Assembly (NCBI GenBank): GCA_001643675.2
Contig: LSRY02000003.1
Span: forward strand, 2,418,001 to 2,482,000
Direction of reading: 5' to 3'
DNA from: Monocercomonoides exilis PA203
Lineage: Eukaryota > Protista > Preaxostyla
DNA length: 64,000 nt
This document shows, piece after piece, positions 38,332 to 52,240 of this stretch; the stretch's first letter is position 1; each line of letters opens with the position of its first letter. A program made the position numbers and the translations under genes. A model generated the notes under the pieces. The model had not been told where the DNA came from. It searched no databases and saw only the letters and a program-made list of their open reading frames with translations.

Positions 38332-39639
38332 ATTCTTTCATCTTCAAATTTTGAATATTTTCCATATCTTTGAAAATTTCTTGAGGTTTCATCTTCTTTT
38401 CAATTGAAGTATATACCACTTATTTTTTCAAAATCCTAACCATCCGCTCAGATAAAAACATTTCTTCAAAATCTCTTCATCTATTTTCTCCTTTTCATCA
38501 AAGGCAAATTCAGCTTGTTGCTTTACATCATCTATTTCATCTCTCAAATAGCATTTCTTCAATCATATAAGAAAGTTCTTCAATTATTATATTTTCATCA
38601 GCTTTCATGTTTCAACATGCTTGTATCCGATTCGCTCAACTATCTCTTTGAAATTTCCCTTCAAATATGCCTTTTCCTCAAAATTGCTTTCTTTCTTTGT
38701 TTCATCTTCAATGGCTCATTAAAAGTGTATCACATTGAGAAATCTCTCAAAGATCATCCACATTATAATTTGTTCCAAATAACGTCTTCTGCCCTGCTCC
38801 TTCTATTTTCTGTGAATTCTTTCAACTTCCAAAATAATAATTCAGATTTAATTTCTATTTTTTATTGTGCACTTTGTGGTCGGCTTTTCTCGATAGGATT
38901 TAGAATCATTTCCTTTGTAAAATAATTTCTGATGATATTCCGTGATTGAATGAATATTTCTTTTGAATTTCCAAATTGATGCAGAAGGCGAAGCCTTCCT
39001 TCCAATCTGAGAGTTGTTGAATGAAATGAAAAAAACAGTTTAATTTTTGTTGTTCATCGAAGAAAGCGTTGAAGAACATTTGAATGAAAAGACAAATTTT
39101 TTTCTTGTCAGAATAATGAATGAAACATAAAATAATGGCGTATGCGGTGAATGGACGCTGAGAGGAAGAATTGTGAATGATAAAATTGTTAGTTCAATTT
39201 TGCGATGCACTGATTGTACAGCTTAAATGCATCAGGAGGTCGATGACCTGATCCAATGCCAAGTGATTGAAAACGGCATTGAAGAAGCAGAAGATAATGG
39301 TGAAGATTTAGCAGTTCGTTGGAAAGAAGAAGAAAAAGAAGAAGAAAAAAGAAGAAAAAAGAAGAAAAAAGATGAAGAAGAAGTTATTGAGAGATGAACA
39401 ATCAGTCAAATAACATTTCTGAAGAAGATGATGAAAATGACTTGTATGATGTTGTCGGATGATGAAATGTCACATTTGATAAGTTGACTTCGAAAGGAAT
39501 ATAAAACCCCAATAACAAATAATATTGGCCAATTCGCATTTATTTGTCTGTGAAGATCAAATCTTCAGTTCATTTGCAAACTTTGAGTGGTTTCATTTCC
39601 CTTCTCTTCAAAAACAAAAAATAATGATGTTTGTCCATT

Positions 39640-40277
39640 GGCTCTGAAAATACAAAAAGCATCAAATGAAAATGCAAGTGAAGATGAATGCGAAGACGAA
39701 GAATCAGCAGAAGAAAAAGAAGATTGAGAAAAAGAAAAAGAGGTCGAAGAAGGTGAAGAAGGTGAAGAAGGTGAAGAAGGTGAAGAAGAAGAAGAAGAAG
39801 AAGAAGAAGAAGAAGAAGAAGAAGAAGAAGAAGAAGAAGAAGAAGAAGAAGAAGAAGAAGAAGAAGAAGAAGAAGAAGAAGAAGAAGAAGAAGAAGAAGA
39901 AGAAGAAGAAGAAGAAGAAGAAGAAGAAGAAGAAGAAGAAGGTGAAGATGAATAAGAATAAAAAGAAGAAGGTGAAGATGAAGAAAAAGAAGAAGAAGAA
40001 GAAGAATAAGAATAAAAAGAAGAAGGTGAAGATGAATAAAAAGAAGAAGAAGAAGGAGAAGAGGTAGAAGGAGAAGGAGAAGGAGAAGGAGAAGGAGAAG
40101 GAGAAGGAGAAGGAGAAACAAAAGTTGTTCAGTTGATGATTGAAGGAGTTGAAACAAACGACTCTGGGAAAAAGTTGATTGGCGCGTGCTCATCAATCGC
40201 TGATTCCATTGGAGAAGATGCTGCACAGTTTGAAATGTCTGTTAATGAGGAAGAAGGTGAAGAAGAAGAAGAAGAAA

Positions 40278-40321
<44 letters not shown>

Positions 40322-42150
40322 AATATTAAACAGTTGAATATGCCAAATCATATTCAATCTCATTCAATCTCATTCAATTCTGCTCTGTGTGTGACTGCCA
40401 CAGCATGTCGAGCAGTTTCTGTTGCCTCATCTGAAATCCCACAACAAGCAGTCGATTGCAACAAGACACCAAACAGCACAACAAATTGTCCCTCCTCTCC
40501 TCTCCTCTCCTCTCCTGAGTCTGTCAACACATTCACCCAGCCACAAGCAGATTGTCTTCCTCATTCCCACCGTTCAGAAACAGCCTGCTCCTCTCCCACC
40601 AAAAAAACTGCACCCAGCCAACCTGCTGCTCCAATCACATTCAGACAATTCAAATGTTCGCATGAAAATAATATCAATCGCTTCGCATTCCAATTCCGAG
40701 CAGGCGCTCCTCAAAAAATGCTTGTTCCATCATCTCCTGCAGCACCTGCGCCGCAGACTCGCCCCCAATCCAAAACTCGTCTGAATCCTGCAATTAATTC
40801 GCATCTCCCGCTGCCTCAGGCGCTTCTCCCCGGCTGCCCATCGCTTCCTCTCAGCAGCAGCGTCTTCCCCATTTTTTGAGGCATTTCCCCTTCAGCAAGA
40901 AGATTCTCGATGCCTTCACCAAAGCCTGCCTCTGCCACAATCAACAAATCTCACTCAATTGAGGCCGGCTGGCCAAAAGCAGCAAAACAAGCTCCAGAAA
41001 ACATAACACAGAACAAAACCAAACTCTCTCCAGATTGCACTCAAAATGCATCGCTTCTCCAACGACAAGCAAAATCGCCCCAACAAAATCGGCCTTCCTG
41101 CCTGAAACGTCCCATCCAGTCACAAACATTCGCTGATCGCCATCCAAAAATAAAATAAAAATAAAAAATAGTTGCATTTCTCCGCTTCTTCGCATCTCAC
41201 ACTCCAAAAAGCTGCTTTTCTCGTTCATCTGCCCCTCTTTCCCCATTTTGTTTGCTTGTTTGTTTGTTTGTTTGGCCTCTCAATCCATGCTGCCCCTCTT
41301 TCCTCATATTTTCTTCTTCAACAGCAAAATAACAGCCCTCGCAAATTCGTGCTGAATCGCCCCGCATGCGGAGCAAGTGACCCCCCTGCTGCCAGACTTG
41401 CCTTCCCAGCACATCTCCTGCCGTGCCCCAACAAAGGCAGAGCATTCACATTCGAACTGAAATTACCCTGCAGCAATCGCCTTGTCGCTGGCACTTGTGC
41501 TCCAACAGCATCTGCAGCTCCAAGCACCCGCTCTATTCCTGTCGCTTTCATCGCCACAACACTCCTTTCCAACAAAGAGCTCTCAGCAACCGCTGCAGCT
41601 GCACCCCGCCGGTTCCAATGACAGAATCTCCCTGATCCAACGTTGCAGGCACAGCCCTCAATTTCGAACTCTTTTGCAGCAGGTCTAATGGCATCATCCA
41701 CTTGCGCCTTAGCAGTGATTCCATCGTCCAGATACATCGCCCTTATGCTTCTCCAATTCGCATGCCCCAAGGGCTCGTTTCCCCCTCCCCGAGGTTAATG
41801 CGATCCAGAACAACTCTTTCAAACATTTCCTTTGCGCGCTGCTTGCTCACCAATCACAAAAACGAATCAATCCTTAAGGGGAAGTTTTTTCAATAATGAT
41901 TTTATAGCATTAATCGAACTATTCATTGCGTTGCCATACACAGCTGGCTCACTGCCGAGCGCACAAATTAATTCTTCACAAGAACGCAAACCCAAACCCA
42001 ATTCAAGGATGGCCACGCTTTGCTTTGCACCCATGTTAGAGAAAAAAGTGGAGCAATATATCTCCAAAGCCAATCCCCTTGCCGGCGATACAAATAGCAT
42101 CAGTGACGCCATGACAGAGGAAAGAAGACGAAGACAGCACATTCAATGAG
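39640..42150 (+). pseudogene. Degenerate acidic/Pro-rich coding-like region, family unassigned
   Basis: Elevated GC and fragmented ORFs (40133-40879, 40910-41158, 41172-41621) with no recognisable domain. Confidence 0.25.
39740..40120. repeat. (GAA)n microsatellite (~39782-39940) with GAAGAAGGT and GAAGGA variant arrays
   Basis: Directly visible; (GAT)n follows at ~40279-40320. Confidence 0.95.
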
Positions 42151-45100
42151 ACAGAAGAATTTCAAGCATAAAAGCTTCTTCTCAAGCCCAAAAGTGAAAA
42201 TGCTCTCATAGAATTCATTCGTTGCACGAGTAATGCAGTTGTAGAATGTAATGATTTCCTTGTTGCGATAAATCAGCATCCGGATCTGCGTTCTCACACA
42301 AAAACAACCAAATAAACTGCTCAAACAAATAGAAGCTCATACCACAAAAACGGCGTATCTTCGCTGCACGTAATGATTTGTGCTCTTGCAAAAGGAACTG
42401 GTTTGATGATAATACATATTTTCGTTAGGAGGCAGCTCGTTTCGGGCAAAACTTGCCCATCTGAACTTCTTTAAAGTTTTCCTTTTACACACTACTTCCG
42501 CGCACTTGCCTCGCACAATACAATTTTGTTCATTCAATTCTATCGCAATGCAATGCTGCGGTCTGGTTTGAATCATCAGCCAGCTGATTTAAATCATTCT
42601 GCACAATGCCCGATTCGTTCCAAGGTTCAGCGCAATCAGCTTTCACGAAAATATATTGGCGCAAATTTTACATTTCTAGACAAACAGAGAAAAGCATATT
42701 ATGCGCGTAAAACGACTCAAAACTCGCATAAAAATTCAATTAAGTGTTTCGTATTGGATTATGGTTATAAATGCATCATTATCGAGCATAGCATGGGAGC
42801 TATTCGTGGTAATATTTGTTAATAATTATCAGCAACAAATGAAAAGCAAATATTGTTTTCGGAATCAATCGAACATTCGTTATGAAAAAAATGGATTATG
42901 ATCATCAAAATGCTTTTGTATTGCATTTCCAGTGGCTGTTCAGAATGGTGTCTATTTCGTTGGTTATGCCGAAGCAACTCGTTTTAAAGCTGGATGAAGT
43001 ATTAATATTTGTGTTTGCGAGTTATTTTTCATGCTTTGTTGCACATGAATGGAAACAATTCATCTACAGAATGAATGATGCGTCAGCGCAAAGCGCTGCA
43101 CCTGTACAGCAATAGACGAAGGACAATGTTACTCTACAAATGTTGCTAAGGTTCGCATTGCAATGGGCCCGGAAGAAAGATTTGAAGATGGAAAGTCTTT
43201 ATGAATGGTAATTATTCAGAATATTGGAGAATACGAAATTAAAGAGGGGGACGAAAAATATCCATTTGAACATACGAAAATAATACTTTTTTCGATAATG
43301 ATGAAGTTATGTTTGTACGATGATCCAGATGGATATGCTTCGTTTTGGTCATCATATATTTTCAAGCTAGATTGAGCAAAGAGAAAGAGAAAAAGAAAAA
43401 CAGGGAAATGTGGAAAAGAAGAAATTAAAGAATTGTTTGAGCAAAATGAAAAGCTCAAACACTCAAGCCAGTCTAGCACGACCATTGAAAAGGGATAAAG
43501 GCAAATGGATAACTGCAAAGAAAAATAAAGGAGGCAACAATAACAAAAGGAGTACGAATAAGAAAAAATGAAGGAAGGGAACTACCATTTGCGAATGACA
43601 AAACAAGTGGTTGAAAAGGCGACGAATTTGATTACAGTCAATGAGCAAGGCAAGGGAATGTTTTGTGTTTGCCTGTACCAAACAAAGACAGCAAGCAGCA
43701 ATATCTGCTGAATCGACTGCTTATTTCATTCATTTGTTCTTGACTTGTTTGCCTCAGCTGCAAATCCAATAAAGCAACAGGGCTTACAAACGCAGTTGTC
43801 TGGCAAAAACAAAAGGACTTATTTTTGCAGAGCGAAACAACGGAACACGAAGCAAGTTTGAAGGGGTAAAAAATCCGCCTTCAAGACAGCCACGAGTTAC
43901 AAAGCATGGCAGAGTATCCCAACAGAGAAATGATTCATTACAACAAATAGACATGAAAATGAAAAAGGGAAGAATTGCCAAAAGAGACGGATGACAGGGC
44001 ATCACAAGAGGAAAGCAAAGAAGAAAATGAAAATATTTGCCAACTTTGTGATGCAAATGTGAAAGAAAAATGGAAAAGATGAAGAAAACTGCGGAAAAGT
44101 GAAAGACTTGAGATTGATTCTAAATGAACAGGAAACATCGAAGCAAAACACGATAAAGCGAAATGAACGCGAGCGTGGCAGCGACAAAAAAAGAGAAATG
44201 AGCAGAAGAGATATTTCAAGCAAACGAAAAACAGCACCAAAGTGAATCAAAAACAAACAAGAAAAGAAAAGAAAAAAAATGCCAGTTTGGATTTGATTGA
44301 AAAGAAAAATGCGGCAGTGTCGAACAGTTGGCTCATCGTTGCTATCGTCCTTTTCTTGTCCTTCTTCAGATCAACTGAGTGTGCTTCAAAGTGTATCAAA
44401 TGCTTGCTGCTTGTTGTTGCATGCTATTCTTTTCATCTTCACAGGCTTTTTTGTTTTGTCTCGTTGCTTTCCACTTTTCTTTTCCAGAAAAAGCTCAATC
44501 TTGTGTTGCTCTCCCCTGCTCACTTCCGAAGCATTGATATTTATCAACGCTTTTTGCCTCAAACTACATTGGCATCGAAAGGTGTTTGCACAACTTAAGC
44601 TTCGTGCGACAATCACATGCTAATAATAAGTGATGGCGAGGGTTATTCCACTTCCCCCATTCCTTCGTTTTCTGCTTCCTTTTCCTCCTCATTTTTATCA
44701 AACTTCTGCGACATCGTCTCAAGTATTCCACCTAACAAATCACATTTCTGTTGTTTGTGATGCCTTTCATCTTCGTCATCCTCACTCACTTCCATGGATA
44801 TCAAAAATATTGTTATTTTCTTCCCATCAAAATCCATCAGATTCAATGACGGGCCTTATCTCCTGTGACTGTTCAGGAGCACAACACTTATTTTCAATCT
44901 GTCGCAACCAGCGGTCGAGTCTGTGTAGGAATGGAAGTGATGCTATTTTAAGCCAAGAAAAGTCGATCAGGGCGCACAACAAAAAACAGAGAGAGAGAGA
45001 GAGAGAGAGAGACGATTCTTTCTTTTTCATTTGGAGGTTGAAGGGTATGCAGAAGAAAAAGAAGGAGGAGGAGGAGAAGCTGTTCAGAATGAGTGATTTG

Positions 45101-45426
45101 ACAGTGCCTTTCGAGAGATTTTGCAACTTCATGTGCATTCAACGAGTCGCGAAAAATAAAAAGAGAAGACGAACTGAATTTGAAGGAGAAGTACATTCAA
45201 ATGAGAATTTACGAAAGCGGGGCATGAATAGCATGCAGACAAATTGGAATGGAAAAAATGAAGAAATTATAATTTATGTGAAACTACAAGATATCATCGA
45301 AGAAATACTCTTTTGAAGAAAGGAAAAAGATAATACCTTCGCACTGAGGGCTGACTCGAAATTGAAGAAACAAAATTAGAGAAACTTATGAGGATATATT
45401 TTTTCTGCGTTGATGTTATTCTTTTT

Positions 45427-46760
45427 CTAAGCAAATAGTAGCATATATGCCATTTGAAAATGGGATGAAAGCTCATGAATTTGGCAATGATACGGAAAAT
45501 ATTCAAAAATTAAAAGAAATAATGATAGAATATTAACTGTTTTATATGATGAAAATAGAAGGAATAATAAAGAAATCAGACAAATTTCATCATTTCCAGT
45601 GATTTTTGTGTCAACTGCACAGAAAGTGAGTGTTTGAGTTGGAACAAATGTTGAGGAAAGGAGGGTGAGAGAGGCGTCTTGGAGGAGGGAGATGAAGGCG
45701 TTGAGGGCATACTCGATGGTGGCGCATGGGGTCTGTTGGGGTCTGCCACAGGCATCAGCATCAGTTCCACCATTTGCAACGATTTTGTTCTGGGCAATGA
45801 GTGGGAGCCAGCCATTGTACGCAGCGTTATCAGCAGTTCCTGCATTCCACACTCTTTTTGTTGGAGTTGTTGAGCCACAATTCTCAAATGGAGATTGGGT
45901 GATACTGCTGCCATTGAAAAAGACATCGTTTCCTCTGCCATTTGTGGCAGTGTTGCCATCGAAGAAACAAAATGTGATGAATTTTATTCCATTCATCCAA
46001 GAGTAAGTGACATCCAAATAGATGGCAGCTCCTCCATAACTGGCAGATGCAGTCAGATTGTTATTTATAAATTGGCAATCATTAACCAAAAACTGAGTTG
46101 GTTTATTTTGTGGGGGATCATTAAATGTGAGAGAACCAGCAGAATTGCCCCCTGTATTAGCAATGCACTTGCATTTGGAAAACAAGAATTGAAAATTTGT
46201 TGGAATTCCTTCAAGCGCAAAATACCAACCCGTTCCACACCAGTATGTTATCTTACAACTTTCCACTCTATTTTCTGAGAACGTCCAAACAGAATTCGTT
46301 TGAGGATACCTGATGCAATTTGCTCCTCCATGGCCAGCCGAGCATCCCGTGAAATTTGATTTTGCCATATTTATTTTCAACAAGTAATGACAGTATAATG
46401 CCCCTCCACCACTATCACTTCCTGGACAATTGCAATTGAAAAACGAACAAGAAGTGATTTCGAGATTGGCATTTGTGCACTCGACATGAAGTGCACCGCC
46501 ATTATCACTTCCACTATTTGAATCATTCCATTCACACCATTCGAATCTGTGGCTGTTCTCATCAAATGAAGTCAGTCTTCCAGGTTTCGCTCTTTGAGAT
46601 TCAGATCCGATATGCACGACAGCAGCATTTGGTGAAGAGCGTGTTTGGTGAAGAAAAGAGGCATTGAAGGCAGAGAGAGAGGTGGATGGGCTGTTTAGGT
46701 TGGGGAGAATGGCTCCATCAATGGGGTTGTGAGTGTGGAGGAAAATGGTTGAATTGGAGG
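45427..46760 (-). pseudogene. Beta-helix family copy G: ATG-less open cassette; homology ends ~45590 (AVDTKITGN)
   Basis: Runs from STIFLHTHNPIDGAIL through the core. The ORF-track start is TTG in non-homologous sequence. Confidence 0.75.
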
Positions 46761-47427
46761 ATTTTGTTAGTAAGAAGAACACACAAAAATGAAAGAAGAA
46801 AACCAGATAAAAATGGAAAATCAAATATCTCGGTATTTGTTTATTTATTTATCTTCATCATTCTCAGCTTCAATCAACTCACCAACTCATTGCATGCTCT
46901 TCAAATTCTTCTTCCACTTCATCATTCACTTCATCTATTTTGAATTTCTTCAAATTTGATATCTACGTCAGAGATCGTGAATGAAATGAAGAAAAAGATG
47001 AACTTTTGCAACCGAAGGAAATATTCAGAAATAAGAAAGAGAGGAAGAAGAATGAAAGAAGACGAAAGAAGAGGAGAAAGAGAAAGAGAAATAAGATTCT
47101 GATTTTTAGGATAATTGATAAATGGAAATGAGATTGAGAGGGTTGAAGAGATTTTTGTGTTAAAGAGAGAAGATGTTTCGAAGAGGAGATTCGAGTTGAA
47201 TGTTGAATTTGGGAAGAAAAGTATTTGGATAAACGGAGGGTAATTTTGAGAAGCGATATAGCAAACAAGGATGAATGACAAGATTCAAGAAATAAACTAT
47301 CAAATTTGAGAGAAAAGAAGGAATGAGAGAAGAGGAGAAAATGGAGAAAGAGATAATAACAGGAAAAGAGAAGGGACATGAAAAGACTTTTCATTGGAAA
47401 AATTAGAGAAGGAAAGATAAGCTACGG

Positions 47428-48355
47428 TCAGCCATTATATTCAGCATTATCAGCTGTTCCTTGATTCCACACTCTTTTTGATGCTGTTGTTGAGCCACAA
47501 TTCTCAAATGGAGATTGAGTGATATTACTTCCATTGAAAAACACGTCGTTTCCTCTGCCATTTGTGGCAGTGTTGCCATTGAAAAAACAAAATGTGATGA
47601 ATTTTATTTCATTCATCCAAGAATAAGTATTCCTAAAAAACATTGCAGCACCTCCCCATGAAGTTGAATTTGATGTCAATTTGTTATTTATGAACTGACA
47701 ATCATTGACCAAAAACTGACTCGGTTTGTTTTGTGGAGGATTATTGAATGTGAGAGAACCAGCGGAATCGTTACCTGAATTTGAGATGCACTTGCATTTG
47801 GAAAACAGGAATTGACCGTTTTCTGGAAAAGCACCAATATAAAAATACCAACCAGTTCCGCACCAGCTAGATATTGAACAATTTTCGACTTTGTTTTCTG
47901 AATGGTAATAAGCAGAATTGTGCTGTGGATTTGTTGTATGAACTGCTCCTCCATGAGCAGCAGAACAATTTGTGAAATTGGATTTTGTAATATCAATTTT
48001 CAACAAACTATTACAGTATAACCCTCCACCTTGCCCCTCTCCGGTGCATGAACAATTGTTGAATGAACAAGAAGTGATTTCGAGATTTGCGTTTGTGCAA
48101 TTGACTTTAAGCGCACCTCCATCACTTGATCCACCAGTTGAATCATTCCATTCGCACCACTCAAAGCGATGGCTACTTGCATCGAATGAAGACAGTCTTC
48201 CAAGTGATTTTCTGTGAGTTTCAGTTCCAATATGAACGATAGGTGCATTTGATGAAGATCGAGTTTGGTGAAGAAAAGAAGCATTGAAGGCAGAGAGAGA
48301 AGTGGATGGGCTGTTGAGGTTGGGGAGAATGGCTCCATCGATGGGGTTTTTGGTG
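47428..48355 (-). pseudogene. Beta-helix family copy H: ATG-less open cassette
   Basis: NPIDGAILPNLN to ADNAEYNG*; downstream flank is shared with copy E. Confidence 0.75.
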
Positions 48356-49713
48356 AGCAAAAGAATAAATCAATAGAAAAAGAATAGAGTTATATTTGTG
48401 AAGCGTGCATTCACAATGATGATTATGAAATAGATGAGAGATTGATCATTATTTGAATCTGAATATGATAATTGCTTTTTTTTCGGGGTTTTCTTTGGAA
48501 AATTGTTTTTGAATGAGTGAGTGATCCAGCAAGAGAAGAAGAAAAAGATTTTCATTAGAGTGTGAATTATTTTGTCGAAAGAATGAGTGCTGTTTGAAAT
48601 TGGAATAGTGTGTTTGCTCAGAGCATTTGTGTTTGTTGAGCAGTTTCATTCTGTTTGCCTTCTGAACGATTGTGCTTTCTGTGGTAAAGGCATAAAAAGA
48701 TTGATAAAAAAATATCTGTTCTTTGTTTTTCTTTTTCTTAGTATTTGTTGCACAATAAAATAATTTGAAATGAGAATTTTTGTGCATGAAATGGTGAGCT
48801 TGTGGTTTGCCATTGTCGAATTTTGAAAGTGTTGTTAATTGTTGTTGTTCTCGAAACGGAGTTATTTGTTTGTTCTGATTTTTTCAAAAATGTTATTTTT
48901 CTTGGAGCGTGAATAATTGTGGATATCTTTGTGAATATTCAATCCTCGCAACAATTATTGATATTTATTTGAATTAGTGTTTTGATGTTTTTATTTTTAT
49001 TTTATTTTTTTTTTTAATAAATAAAATAAATTATTGGCAAACCCATACCGCCATTGGTGATTGTGATTTCACTGCTTCTGCAACATCCATATTAAAGACA
49101 GAAAAATACTTCTTTTTATTGAATTTTTTTTTTTTCAATAACAAAAAACACCAAAACAATCTAAAATACTGATTGCTTATGAATTCAATTTTTGAATATA
49201 TTGTTTTTCATTTTTTTCCTCATTTTTGAAATTCTATTTTGTCTGTCAAACATTTCGGTTTGAAAATTCATTTTGAATATTTGGAAATGAACACTTGAAA
49301 TTGATAACTTCTTATCAATAGACCATATCCTTTCTTTCATCTCAAGCATTGACTTTAACTGTAATAACTATATTTCAGACATTTTAATATGGATTGATAA
49401 ATAAATGGGAAAAAAACTTGCAATAATCCACACCCCCAAATTTAAGTCATTTCAAAAATAACAACAAAAATTATTGAAGTTAGAAATTTAATGATTAAAT
49501 TTGGTATAATAATCTTTATCATAATTTATTATTCAAAATTGATAAACTATTTGGGGAAAAATATGGACTTCCAAGCTTTTGATGAACAAATCATAAATAA
49601 TTTGTTTCACTAATAACTATTTGAAACTTGTCAGATTTCAAAATAAATTGGATTTTTTTATCAAAACATCTGCGTCACCTTGGAAAAGGCGAGACAAAGT
49701 CATTCAGTGCACG

Positions 49714-49717
<4 letters not shown>

Positions 49718-49776
<59 letters not shown>
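49718..49776. repeat. Poly-T tract (mirror poly-A at ~58934-58986)
   Basis: Directly visible. Confidence 0.95.
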
Positions 49777-50654
49777 CCTGAGAAAAACCAACAATTTTAA
49801 AAAATTTTGCTAGGAAAAGGATAAAACATTTACCAATAATTCAAAATTCTCATGACAAAAATTTTTGCACAATTTTTAATCAATTAACTTTAATTAAATA
49901 TTAATTTATTACTATTCTTTTTCACACTTTCACATAAATTATAACTTTCACTAAAAATGTGCAACAAGATTGTTTAATTTGTTTGTTAATGTTTTTGAAG
50001 AATTGTTTTCTGTTTTGCATTTTTATTAATATTCATTTTTGAAAAGAATAAAACTTCAGTGTGTATTAATATTGGAAAAAATATTATCTACAATAGACAT
50101 ATTTCATGATTCTCCATATTGATTCTTGTAATTTGCAATAAAAAATTTATTCATTTTTGTTAAGAATAGTTTGTTTCGACAAAAATAAAAATATTGCGAG
50201 TTTTAAAAAATAAATTTGAATCAAGGAAATATTTTCCATGAATAAAGAACAAAATTCTTTCTTGTTACATATATTAAAAATGATTTCAAAAATTATAAAT
50301 TATTTTGTTTTCTGTATCCTAAATTTGTTTCTTTGTTTTCATTTGAAAGTTGCTCCTCTCCTTTTTGTGAAAGTTTCTTTGGATGAATAAAAAAAATGCA
50401 CGTCATTGCTATTCATTTTGATGGTTCTGATTAACTTCCTCGTTTTTTAACATTCATCATCGTAATCATCACTATCTCATTCTTTTTCTTTCTTTTCTTT
50501 ATTGAATTCTTCGTCTTCTCCTCTTTATTATTTCCCCTCCTCCTCTTCTCATCTTTTTTGCTGTTTCAATTTCTATTTCTTTATCTTTATCTTATTCTTA
50601 TTCTTATTCTTATTCTTATTCATATTCTTATTCTTATTCTTATTCTTATTCTTT

Positions 50655-52240
50655 TTCGCAAGTCGCACTGCCTCTGCACTTGCCCTCCGCTCCCTTTTCC
50701 TCCTCACTTCCACGCAGTCCATTCACGTGAACAGCTCCAGCTCCTTTTTTCTGCGGATCCCGCTTCTTTAAGGTTGCACATCTCTTCGTCGCTTTCCACA
50801 TCCCGCAACGCCATCACATCCTCCCCGTTCACCATTTCTTCCAGCTGGCTTATGTTCGGAAGCAGCACCTCCGTCTCCCAGCTCCGCAGGATGTGATAAC
50901 ACCCGTGCACCACACAAAACACAACTTTCTTTGAGTATTACTCACAGTGAAGCAGCTCCAGCATCCGTCCCACATCCAAATTCGCAACTCCAAACAATTC
51001 TCTCGTTTGATGTTCATAATTATCTTCCTCTTTCTAAACACCACTCTTCCCCTCCTCTCTTCCGTTTCCACATCCTCCATTCCCTTTTTTTTCATCATGA
51101 ACATCCATCCTTCCTCACCACATTCTTCTCCAGTTCTTCATTCAATTCCTTCAATGTTTTCTCAGCATCCACTCCACACTTTGCTCTTCTGCTTTTCCTC
51201 TGCCATCTCCTTGGGATGCACAAGTCTCTGATCCTGCTGCTTCCTCTGCCGACGCTTTCGCACGTGGAACCCCACAGTAATCACCACCACTATTACACAC
51301 ATTGTACTCACTTCAATATGCAGTATGATCGTCTTCCCATTCAGCTCAAGCAGGCTCTGCCCCCTGCCTATACCTTCCTTTCCTCTTTCCAGTGTAATTG
51401 CTGCTGTCTCGTTGAACTTTTTTCCTTCACTTACGTCATCCTCCCCTGTCTCCTCCCCTGTTCTCCACACTCCCCCTTCCCCGCCTCTCCGCTCCTCCAC
51501 AGCCAGCTCCTCGCTCAAATACACCACATTCGCCAGCACCTCCTCATCTGCCCCTCTCTCCTCAATCACCCCCGCCCGATTCTCCCGAACCCCCGCCGCT
51601 CCGTGTTCTGCCCTGTGCTCTCAAAACTGTATGTCCTCACACGCTGGCCCCCATCTGCCCCACGCACAATTATCTGGAAGTACAGCCCGCACTGCACCAG
51701 CTCCTGCACCACGAACTCCAGCCGCGCCTGCCCCCAGCTGCATGTCCAGCTGACGTTCGAAAGCACGGAGCAGAAACACATACCAATTGCGCCTGCTGTT
51801 TAACCATCCTGTTCAGCTCGCATCTGCTCCCCGGACCAAACATATCGCTCACTGCTGTGCTCCCCACCTCCGCACGCTCCCTCCTCTGTTGGAACACCTG
51901 CATATCGATCTGTCTCAGCTCATCCCCAATCGCCACACACTCCTCAACCACCAGCACGCATCTCTCTTTCCTCCTCAATCTCACATTTCCATTTTCAAAT
52001 GTCATTGAAAATATTAACAACTGTGACTCAATCACCACAAACCCTGCTGCTGCTCTGTGCTTTTCAACATCTCCTTCCTGCTAAAAAATTCTCTCAGCAC
52101 CGCGCAGGCAACAACACGTTCTATTTTCTCCGAACCGTTATTCGCTTCTGATCCTCAGCCTCTAAACTCCTGCCATTGTCTAAGTTTTGATAAGCACATC
52201 TTTTGTCCGCTCCATGTCTATGTGAAGAGCGTGCTTTAAA
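50655..52240 (-). pseudogene. GC-rich degenerate gene fragment, possibly the C-terminal part of a type I membrane protein (mirror at 56465-58050 +)
   Basis: Frameshifted ORFs. One encodes hydrophobic IILHIEVSTMCVIVVVITVGF followed by basic RKRRQRK, a TM/stop-transfer pattern. Confidence 0.4.

Noticed and set aside
39570-40226. Poly-Lys and poly-Leu ORFs
   Set aside because: Translations of the (GAA)n microsatellite
42150-45400. Possible genes in the moderately GC-rich region
   Set aside because: Only short interrupted ORFs with no recognisable motif; cannot be supported
50655-52240. Transposase or retrotransposon within the poly-T-flanked segment
   Set aside because: No DDE, RT or endonuclease motifs recognised, and no TSD
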